Below the pieces are notes generated by a model. The model was given only the letters and a program-made list of their open reading frames with translations. It was not told where the DNA came from and made no database searches. A stretch of 64,000 bases of DNA, taken from Candidatus Campbellbacteria bacterium. Its GTDB lineage: Bacteria > Patescibacteriota > Minisyncoccia > Phycocordibacterales > UBA1006. The stretch lies in assembly GCA_002698305.1 (NCBI GenBank), contig NZWR01000005.1, forward strand, positions 2,047 to 66,046, in the 5' to 3' direction. The translations under genes were made by a program, and so were the position numbers. Below, piece by piece: positions 8,370 through 15,806 of the stretch. Every line of letters starts with the position of its first letter. The stretch's first letter is position 1.

Positions 8370-8558
8370 CTATTTCTTAAAGAAATGCATTACAGGACGA
8401 ATCACGAGAAGAAGAATAATTCCTACATACCACGCCCAATGGAGAGTAGTAACAATAGGAAAGAGTTTTGCGATCAATATACCAAACAAGGCTGATACCC
8501 ACTTAATCTCTCCGAGATCAAGCACGTCAAGATTTTTCATTGATGATTTAAGGCTCAT
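8370..8558 (-). CDS. small membrane protein, possible integration target
   Basis: 62 aa with two hydrophobic helices; the inverted 9-mer CACGAGAAG (8403..8411) lies in its 3' end, so the last ~11 codons may be element-derived. Confidence 0.4.
   Translation of the reverse strand: MSLKSSMKNLDVLDLGEIKWVSALFGILIAKLFPIVTTLHWAWYVGIILLLVIRPVMHFFKK
8403..8411. repeat. inverted copy of CTTCTCGTG (candidate attB B' arm)
   Basis: CACGAGAAG is the reverse complement of 929..937; lies 76 nt after the recombinase stop. Confidence 0.45.
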
Positions 8559-8653
8559 ATAAATACATATTAATTATTTCGAATAATAACCGCTTGCGTA
8601 AGAAACTTGACTCGTGTATAGTTTACCTACCGAACGTTAGTTAATTATTACAT

Positions 8654-9178
8654 ATGTCAAAAGATAACACAACAAAAGAAAGTATTTTATCAAACGCTAA
8701 ACAGTTATTTGGACAGTATGGTTTCGCGAGCACCAGTACTCAAATGATCGCTGAAGCGGTGGGCATTAAAAAACCATCTCTCTACTACTTTTTCAAGAAC
8801 AAGGAAGCTATATATATCCATCTGCTTGAAAAAGCTATTGCAGAAGTACAAGAACTCTTCGAGGGAGAACAATATTCAAAACTCTCATTTGAAGAACGAC
8901 TCGTTATTCTTTTTAAATTCAGTAAAGACAATGGTTCGTTTATCTTTTCAGTACATACTCTGACCCCAAAGAACCTCAAACATGTTATGGAGATATCAGA
9001 GAGCATGGCTTCGGTAATGTTGAAATATCTCAAGACCCAGAAAACAAAATGTTCATCAAAAGATGCACTTACGATTATCTTTGATATTACTCAAAACTAT
9101 GCACGCCGTGCGGCTCAACAAGAAAAAATCATGAGTCCAAAACGATACGCTCAATTACTTATCCAACTACTCAGCTAA
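8654..9178 (+). CDS. TetR family transcriptional regulator
   Basis: N-terminal TetR HTH FASTSTQMIAEAVGIKKPSLYYFFKNKEAIY; precedes efflux genes. Confidence 0.85.
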   Translation: MSKDNTTKESILSNAKQLFGQYGFASTSTQMIAEAVGIKKPSLYYFFKNKEAIYIHLLEKAIAEVQELFEGEQYSKLSFEERLVILFKFSKDNGSFIFSVHTLTPKNLKHVMEISESMASVMLKYLKTQKTKCSSKDALTIIFDITQNYARRAAQQEKIMSPKRYAQLLIQLLS

Positions 9179-9182
9179 CTGT

Positions 9183-10688
9183 ATGAAAAAACTACTTACA
9201 AAAAAGAATATTCTTATCATCCTCGTTATTATTGCTGTCACTATTCTTCTTATTCAGCTTGGTGGAAAGAAAACAACATCTGCAGGAATAGAGCCTGAGG
9301 AGGTTATTACTGAAACCACTGACGTTGAAGTTATTTCTCTTGGGCTTCCTGTTGAGGAGGGTGAAAGTCTAAGCTTCCTAGCTACCGTCAGTGCCCAAGA
9401 TGAAACATCAGTTACTGCTGAGATGTCTGGAAAGGTCACCAATGTGTATGTCGAGGAAGGAGATAGTGTTCAAAAAGGACAAAAGTTATTTTCATTAAGA
9501 AATAGTGACCAAGGTATTGCCTACCAACAAGCTCAAGCGCAACTAGAAAATCAACGCATTACACTTCGTAATCTTGAAAAAGAATTTGCAGGTGAGGATT
9601 CATCAGTACAAGCTACTCTTACTGATCAACAAACCCAAGCCGTAGCCCAAGCCTACCAAAACTTCTTGAACAATGACCTTCAAGCATATCCAGAAGACGA
9701 TGCAGATCGAGAGGATGCCGTAGCACCCGTAGTATCAGGAACCTATCGAGGACTTGAAGAAGGACGATACATCATTGAAACCTATGGTTCAGCAGCTGAC
9801 TCAGGAGTATCAATTCGTCTCTCAGGACTAGAAGATGGTACGTACAGTGCATCAACAAACTTTCCAACAGAGATAGGTACACAAGGCCTCTATCTACAAT
9901 TTCCAGACAAACCAAAGAAGAACAAGACATGGGTAATTGATATTCCCAATACTCGTAGTTCAAGCTATTTGAGTGCGAAGAATGCGTATGAGGGGGCGAA
10001 AAAAGGAAAAGATCTCACATTGACTCAGTCACAAGTAACCCAAGAACAAATTGATCGACAGCGCAATGTAGTACACCAGCAAGAACTTACCGTACAACAA
10101 GCAGGTGTTGCTCTTGAAAAGACGATTATAAGAGCCCCATTTGATGGAGATCTTGTAGCTTTTGATGTAGAAATTGGATCTATTGTTTCAGGATTTTCGC
10201 CAGTTGGGACCATCAAAAGTCTTGGTGAGCTTGAACTTGAATTTTCAATTTCAGATCAAGAACGTATCTACATTCGAGAAGGTGCTGATGTATACGTAGG
10301 TGATGAAGCAATTGGTGTCGTTACCTATGTTGCTCAGTCACTTGATGGAACAACATATAAAAACAAAGTGCGTGCGTCATTGAGTAATGCAGATGATTTC
10401 ACCGAGGGAGAAACACTCACCATTATGATTACACCTGAAGTTGATGAAAATACTCACACACCAACAAGCGTAAATGGTGTCTTTTCACTTCCTATTACCG
10501 CCGTACAAATTGTAGGAAACACGCCACATATTGCTGTGATTAATGATGACGGCATCGTTACCTTGCAACCTGTTGCAACAGGCTTGTTGCTTGGCTCAAT
10601 GATTGAAGTGGTAGAGGGCCTTAGTGGAGACGAGGTTGTTATTCGTGATGCCCGCGGTATTACAAACGGACGGCAAGTGAACTATTAG
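9183..10688 (+). CDS. efflux adaptor (HlyD/MFP family) with extra central insertion
   Basis: N-terminal TM, lipoyl-like VTNVYVEEGDSVQKGQKLF, coiled coil, barrel IRAPFDGDLVAFDVEIGS; paralog at 62834. Confidence 0.8.
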   Translation: MKKLLTKKNILIILVIIAVTILLIQLGGKKTTSAGIEPEEVITETTDVEVISLGLPVEEGESLSFLATVSAQDETSVTAEMSGKVTNVYVEEGDSVQKGQKLFSLRNSDQGIAYQQAQAQLENQRITLRNLEKEFAGEDSSVQATLTDQQTQAVAQAYQNFLNNDLQAYPEDDADREDAVAPVVSGTYRGLEEGRYIIETYGSAADSGVSIRLSGLEDGTYSASTNFPTEIGTQGLYLQFPDKPKKNKTWVIDIPNTRSSSYLSAKNAYEGAKKGKDLTLTQSQVTQEQIDRQRNVVHQQELTVQQAGVALEKTIIRAPFDGDLVAFDVEIGSIVSGFSPVGTIKSLGELELEFSISDQERIYIREGADVYVGDEAIGVVTYVAQSLDGTTYKNKVRASLSNADDFTEGETLTIMITPEVDENTHTPTSVNGVFSLPITAVQIVGNTPHIAVINDDGIVTLQPVATGLLLGSMIEVVEGLSGDEVVIRDARGITNGRQVNY

Positions 10689-10690
10689 TT

Positions 10691-13600
10691 ATGTTAGATA
10701 TTTTTATTACAAAAAAGCGATTCACATGGTTTACGCTTATCTTTCTCGTTATTGTCGGACTATTTGTGATGGTAAACATCCCCAAGGAATCAATGCCAGA
10801 AATTCAAATACCTATTATTGGTGTAACCACTGCATACCCAGGTGCGTCGTCGCTAGATGTTGAGGAGCTGGTTACCAATCCTATTGAGAAACAGCTATTA
10901 CGAGGGCTTCAAGATGTAAAGGATATTAGTTCTAATTCAAATGAAGGAATCTCAAGTATTACGATAGAATTTGAAGCGTCAGTTGATATTGACCAAGCTT
11001 TGCGTGAAGTGAATGATGAGGTGGATAAAGTAAAAAATGATCTCCCGAGTGATGCACTTGATCCAACAGCTCAAGAATTTTCATTCGATGATCAGCCTGT
11101 TTTTGTAGTCTCAATCTCATCACAAGAAGCGTTTACTCAATTGAGTGACACTGCTGAATCTGTTGAAGATATTTTTCTTGATATTAATGGAGTCTCTCGC
11201 GTAGAAATTGCAGGTATTCCTGATCGTCAAATGACAATTATCGTTGATAAGAAAAATTTGAGTGCTCATAATTTAAATATCAGTGATCTCGCACGAACGA
11301 TTGGGCAAACCGATGTATCTTTTCCACTTGGCTCTATTGTGCAAGATGGTGTTGAATATAATGTGAGTGTTGATAATACCGTTGGCTCGATTGAGGATCT
11401 TGAAAATATTATTGTAACCTCAAGTTCGTCAGGTTCACCTGTCTATGTACGAGATATTGCTCGTATTGAAGACGGACTTGCTCCCTATACCTCATGGTCA
11501 CGATTGAGCACCAATGGATCACAGCCACAGCAAGCCATTACGTTTTCAATTTTCAAGCAAGTTGGTTTTGATATCACCAAGGTAACTAAAGATGCACGAG
11601 AAGCAGTTGTTGATCTACAATCAGATTTCTCTGAAATGGAATTTATTACACTCATTGATTCGGGGAATGATGTTGCAAGTGATATCACAAGCCTCACCAA
11701 CTCAGCACTTCTCACTATTCTTTTGGTAGTCATTGTGCTTTCGCTTGGTCTTGGGGTTCGAGAGTCAATTATTGCGGGAATCTCTGTGCCATTATCATTC
11801 CTGCTTTCATTTATTGGTCTTTATCTTTCAGGAAATACGATTAATTTCATCAGTCTTTTTGCTTTGATTCTCGCCATAGGATTGTTGGTGGATGCTTCGG
11901 TGGTTATTATCGAAGGGATTACCCTTGCTCGATCAAAAGGTCTTTCGCCCGACGAAGCTATTCGGGCAACACTTAAAGAATTCGCAGCTCCTGTTATTGC
12001 TGGAACCCTCACAACGCTTGTGGTATTCATTCCACTTGCAACTCTTTCAGGAGTGACAGGTCAATTCATTAAATCAATCCCAATGACTATTATTTTTGTT
12101 CTCCTTGGCTCATTGATTGTGGCCTTGATCTTTGTTCCGTTACTGAGCACTATTCGTCTTCCAAAAACAAAAGAAAGTAAATTATCTCAATGGCTTGATA
12201 GGATTGACTCAAAACGAGATGCAACCATTGAAAAGCTCAATATTTGGTATGCGAATAAATTGGAAACGTTATTGAGTACTAAAAAATATGGAAAACGACT
12301 TATTAGTGGTCTCATTGCTCTGTTTGTCATTTCCATCACACTGGTTGGAGCAGGATTAGTAAAGTCTGAATTTTTCCCAGCAGATGAATTTGATCAACTC
12401 ACTATCACAGCCGAACTACCGCAAGGTTCGCAATTGATTGATATGAGCGAAGCTCTTATTCCTGTTGAAGAGTTCTTACAAAAGTATGATTCTGTTAAGT
12501 CTTTTGTTTCTCGTATACGTCCCGCGAGTGCTGACGTGACAGTTATCTTAAAAGATACTAGTGTTGGCGATCAATCGATCGCAGACTTTCGAGCATTTTT
12601 TGCGAGCAATACAAGTCGGGCTGACTTTATCGTGACACCACCTGCAAGTGGGCCATCAGCAGGAGCTCCTTTCAGTCTTGATATCACAGGAGCTGATTAC
12701 GATACAGTAACGACAATCGCTGAAGATATTAAAGATCTTGTTGAAGGTCTTGAAGGAACGACCGATGTACAAAGTAGTTCAGCAAGCACTGCTTTGGGTA
12801 TTATTCTTGATCTTGATGTAAAGAAAGTAAAAGATGTCGGACTTGATGTAGCAACCGTATCAAGCATGGTACGAAGCTCGCTCTATGGATCTGAAGTAGC
12901 AACACTAAGCCGTAATGGTGAAGATGTTGATGTAGTGCTCGTTTCAGCTTTAAATGAAAACTACACTCAATCAGACACAACCAATCATGTATCACTTGAC
13001 GTATTACGTGCCCTACCGCTACAAACACCACAAGGAGAAATTCCACTCGGTGTCTTGATGCAAGAAGAAATCAGAGGAACGAACCCTTCTATTAAACACA
13101 CTGATGGTGATCGAGTAGTAACTATCTCAAGCTATCTTGAAGACGGTGTTATTCTTACTGATGTGATTACAGAGTTTTCATCTCAGGTTGAAACTATTGA
13201 AGGGGTTGATCAAGTGGAATGGAGTTTTGGCGGAGATGCCGAAGCGAGTGCTGAATCTGGGAAAGAGCTCATGATTGCTCTATTAGTTGGAATCTTCTTA
13301 GTCTTCGGGGTTTTGATCTTTCAGTTCAATTCAGTGCGTAATACCTTCTTTATTATCTCAGTAGTACCACTTGGTTTGATTGGTGTGATATTTGGGCTCT
13401 TTGTTTTCGGTCAAACACTTTCGTTTACGGCGATGCTCGGATTTGTTGCCTTGGTGGGAATTGTGGTAAACAACTCGATTATTTTGATTGATGTGATTAC
13501 AGGATTACAAAAAGAAGGAACACGGTCTCATAAAGAAAATGTTATTCAGGGTTCAGCTTCACGATTGCGTCCCATTCTTCTTACCACGCTCACCACAGTG

Positions 13601-13741
13601 ACTGGAATGGTGCCTCTTCTCTTTACCTCGCCCGTATGGCGACCACTGGCTCTTGCCATTATCTCAGGGCTCCTCTTTGCCGTAGTACTCACCTTATTCC
13701 TTATCCCGCTTCTGTTTTACAAGTGGGGTCGGAAAGAATAA
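10691..13741 (+). CDS. RND (AcrB/AcrD/AcrF family) efflux permease
   Basis: 1016 aa, two 6-TM bundles with large loops, typical RND N-terminus FITKKRFTWFTLIFLV and GLLVDASVVIIEG motif. Confidence 0.9.
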   Translation: MLDIFITKKRFTWFTLIFLVIVGLFVMVNIPKESMPEIQIPIIGVTTAYPGASSLDVEELVTNPIEKQLLRGLQDVKDISSNSNEGISSITIEFEASVDIDQALREVNDEVDKVKNDLPSDALDPTAQEFSFDDQPVFVVSISSQEAFTQLSDTAESVEDIFLDINGVSRVEIAGIPDRQMTIIVDKKNLSAHNLNISDLARTIGQTDVSFPLGSIVQDGVEYNVSVDNTVGSIEDLENIIVTSSSSGSPVYVRDIARIEDGLAPYTSWSRLSTNGSQPQQAITFSIFKQVGFDITKVTKDAREAVVDLQSDFSEMEFITLIDSGNDVASDITSLTNSALLTILLVVIVLSLGLGVRESIIAGISVPLSFLLSFIGLYLSGNTINFISLFALILAIGLLVDASVVIIEGITLARSKGLSPDEAIRATLKEFAAPVIAGTLTTLVVFIPLATLSGVTGQFIKSIPMTIIFVLLGSLIVALIFVPLLSTIRLPKTKESKLSQWLDRIDSKRDATIEKLNIWYANKLETLLSTKKYGKRLISGLIALFVISITLVGAGLVKSEFFPADEFDQLTITAELPQGSQLIDMSEALIPVEEFLQKYDSVKSFVSRIRPASADVTVILKDTSVGDQSIADFRAFFASNTSRADFIVTPPASGPSAGAPFSLDITGADYDTVTTIAEDIKDLVEGLEGTTDVQSSSASTALGIILDLDVKKVKDVGLDVATVSSMVRSSLYGSEVATLSRNGEDVDVVLVSALNENYTQSDTTNHVSLDVLRALPLQTPQGEIPLGVLMQEEIRGTNPSIKHTDGDRVVTISSYLEDGVILTDVITEFSSQVETIEGVDQVEWSFGGDAEASAESGKELMIALLVGIFLVFGVLIFQFNSVRNTFFIISVVPLGLIGVIFGLFVFGQTLSFTAMLGFVALVGIVVNNSIILIDVITGLQKEGTRSHKENVIQGSASRLRPILLTTLTTVTGMVPLLFTSPVWRPLALAIISGLLFAVVLTLFLIPLLFYKWGRKE

Positions 13742-13795
13742 TATAATTACTGGTAGTTTTAAAAAGAACATATATTAATTAATCTATACACTATT

Positions 13796-14383
13796 ATGAA
13801 TACATACACGATAAAAGTTATCACAGGCTCAGTGCGAGAAGGTCGTTTTGCTCATAAAGCTGCACAATGGATCACTCATGAATTAAATAAAAATGAATCA
13901 GTAACAGCTGAAGTTATTGATCTTTTGGAATATGAAATGCCATTCTTTAATGCGCCAATAAGCCCTATGATGAAATCAGAACCATATACCAATGAAAATG
14001 TGGAACGATTTACGGAAAAAATAGGTGAAGCTGATGCTTTTGTTATGATTTCTCCTGAATATAATGCTAGTACTTCTGCTGTCTTGAAAAATGCTATCGA
14101 TTGGGTTGGTAAAGAGTGGAATAACAAACCAGTTGCATTTGTAAGTTATGGTGCTGTAGGGGGTGCTCGTGCTATTTCACACTTGCGACATATTACTAAT
14201 AATTTACAAATGACCCCTGTATCAAAAGCAGTAACTATTCCAGGAGCTCAATTTTTCCCGGTACTTTTTGGTCAAGCAGATATCAATGAATTGTTTGTGG
14301 ACATACAAAAACCCGCTGATGAAATGATCCAACAGCTGTTATGGTACACAAAAGTTTTGAAAACTGCGCGCGATACAATATAA
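13796..14383 (+). CDS. NADPH-dependent FMN reductase family protein
   Basis: IKVITGSVREGRF start and SPEYNASTSAVLKNAIDW motif. Confidence 0.75.
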   Translation: MNTYTIKVITGSVREGRFAHKAAQWITHELNKNESVTAEVIDLLEYEMPFFNAPISPMMKSEPYTNENVERFTEKIGEADAFVMISPEYNASTSAVLKNAIDWVGKEWNNKPVAFVSYGAVGGARAISHLRHITNNLQMTPVSKAVTIPGAQFFPVLFGQADINELFVDIQKPADEMIQQLLWYTKVLKTARDTI

Positions 14384-14428
14384 ATAAGATATTTTTTGCT
14401 ATTAAGTAGCTAATGCCAGATTGTTTAT

Positions 14429-14461
14429 TACAACCCTTTTAGTGCTAGCTGTCAATGGTGA
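14429..14461. repeat. copy B of 33-nt att-like direct repeat, overlapping tRNA-Glu 3' end
   Basis: TACAACCCTTTTAGTGCTAGCTGTCAATGGTGA; last 6 nt are the TCACCA end of tRNA-Glu on the minus strand. Confidence 0.85.
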
Positions 14462-14530
14462 CCCTACGGAGAATCGAACTCCGATTTTATCCGTGAGAGG
14501 GATACGTCCTAGCCGTTAGACGATAGGGCC
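14456..14530 (-). tRNA. tRNA-Glu (anticodon CTC), CCA encoded
   Basis: Manual cloverleaf: acceptor GGCCCTA/TAGGGTC, anticodon arm TATCC-CTCTCAC-GGATA, T arm CGGAG-TTCGATT-CTCCG, 3' ACCA. Confidence 0.9.
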
Positions 14531-14681
14531 AGTATAAAAAACTTTTTATACACCCATTGGATTACCAGCAAAAAGCAGTACCATACTAATAGAAACAAGA
14601 ATTCCAATTACCACCATAAAACTTTTTACTCGCTTGCGTCCTTTTTTGCTAAATAAATTCATAGTATATTAATACTATACC

Positions 14682-14990
14682 ATGAACCGAAAGCCATCAA
14701 GAAAAAGAAAGAGGGGAGGAGATAGTGTCATTCACTGGATTGTTTTTATTATCCTTTTAAGTATTTTTGCTTTGGTAATGAGAAGCGTATTCTCTTCTTT
14801 TAATAAAAAGGTAGTAGCTCAGACTGAAGAAAGAAAATACTCTGAAACCCTAAAAGAACTCGAAGCAAAAAAAAATCTTCTTGAGTCGCGCATCGAGTAT
14901 CTAACTACAGACAGGGGAAGGGAAGCTGAACTGAGGAATAAGTATGATTTAGCAGGTGAGGGTGAAACAGTGATACGGATTATAGACTAG
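14682..14990 (+). CDS. FtsB/DivIC-like septum formation initiator
   Basis: Basic N-terminus, single TM, coiled coil, C-terminal RNKYDLAGEGETVIRI typical of the family. Confidence 0.6.
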   Translation: MNRKPSRKRKRGGDSVIHWIVFIILLSIFALVMRSVFSSFNKKVVAQTEERKYSETLKELEAKKNLLESRIEYLTTDRGREAELRNKYDLAGEGETVIRIID

Positions 14991-15053
14991 CTGTGAATCT
15001 TTCAATTATATATTATACTGAATATATAATTATTAGATTAATAGAATAATATT

Positions 15054-15287
15054 ATGAAAACAGTAGAAATTTACTCAACACCTACCTGCCACTTTTGTCA
15101 CATGGCCAAAGATTACTTTCAGGAAAAAAATATTGAATACACTGAACATAATGTAGCTGAAGACCAGGAAAAAAGAGCAGAAATGATGGAGGCTACAGGG
15201 CAAATGGGGGTACCACAAATTAAAATCGGAGATCAAATGATTGTTGGTTTTAATGAGTCAGAAATAGAAAAACTCTTAGAAAAATAG
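15054..15287 (+). CDS. glutaredoxin-like protein
   Basis: 77 aa, CHFC redox motif after first strand, GVPQIKIGDQMIVGF. Confidence 0.8.
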   Translation: MKTVEIYSTPTCHFCHMAKDYFQEKNIEYTEHNVAEDQEKRAEMMEATGQMGVPQIKIGDQMIVGFNESEIEKLLEK

Positions 15288-15351
15288 CGTATCTGCTATT
15301 TTATTTTGTATCATTTTAATTTCAGAATATACTATGTATAGTAGAGCCGAT

Positions 15352-15427
15352 GTCCCTATAGTTCAATCGGATAGAACGGAAACCTCCTAAGTTTCAAATC
15401 CAGGTTCGATTCCTGGTGGGGACACCA
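15352..15427 (+). tRNA. tRNA-Arg (anticodon CCT), CCA encoded
   Basis: Manual cloverleaf: acceptor GTCCCTA/TGGGGAC, anticodon arm GAAAC-CTCCTAA-GTTTC, T arm CCAGG-TTCGATT-CCTGG, 3' ACCA. Confidence 0.9.
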
Positions 15428-15492
15428 ACTCGTGAGTGCGATTTAGCGCTCGAGAAGCCTTATTTTTCAACAAAAAAATTCTCAGAAATTCA

Positions 15493-15514
15493 CGACCCAC
15501 CGAGGAGTCGAACT
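15493..15514. repeat. inverted fragment resembling the tRNA-Arg 3' end
   Basis: Reverse complement AGTTCGACTCCTCGGTGGGTCG aligns to GGTTCGATTCCT-GGTGGGGAC (15403..15423); 16 matches in the 18-column core. Confidence 0.5.
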
Positions 15515-15544
15515 TTTGTATAAAAGATTGATTGATTTCTATTT

Positions 15545-15567
15545 AAAAAGTGACAAATGTGACACTG
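15545..15567. repeat. element left-end motif AAAAAGTGACAAATGTGACACTG
   Basis: 20/23 identical to 953..975. Confidence 0.6.
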
Positions 15568-15639
15568 GTTAGATTTTAAAATTATTTTCAAAAATTACCT
15601 TAAAATCAAAACTCAATAATATATTATGCATGTCAAGCA

Positions 15640-15672
15640 TTATACTATAAGACAAACTCGCTTATAGTATAA
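15640..15672. promoter_or_regulatory. perfect 12-nt inverted repeat upstream of element 2 ParB-MTase
   Basis: TTATACTATAAG acaaactcg CTTATAGTATAA. Confidence 0.4.
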
Positions 15673-15806
15673 GAGAAACACTGGAAGCCTTTAAAAATCG
15701 GCTTGCAGAGAAATTCTAAAAAGTATATGTTCAGAATATGAAGTCAAAACGTGGCTGCTAGAACGGCTGGATACCTTCGATTTATCCAACTAATCTATAT
15801 ACCACC

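Larger units (their letters stand above)
929..8411 (+). mobile_element. integrative element 1: repressor/SMODS/SLATT module, ParB-MTase, TerS-like, TerL, large serine recombinase; no capsid, portal or tail genes
   Basis: Gene content; bounded by inverted 9-mers CTTCTCGTG (929..937) and CACGAGAAG (8403..8411); paralogous element at 15428 onward; true right end could instead be the 33-nt repeat at 14429..14461. Confidence 0.55.

Noticed and set aside
8600-8653. CGAACGTTAG upstream of the TetR gene as a Gram-positive-type SOS box for the LexA-like repressor
   Set aside because: Only one half-site matches CGAAC-n4-GTTCG. It is more simply part of the TetR operator/promoter region.
14546-14662. 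38-codon minus-strand ORF (MNLFSKKGRKRVKSFMVVIGILVSISMVLLFAGNPMGV) between tRNA-Glu and the FtsB-like gene
   Set aside because: It is a plausible tiny membrane protein, but it is too short to support without conservation or expression data, so it is not listed as a feature.
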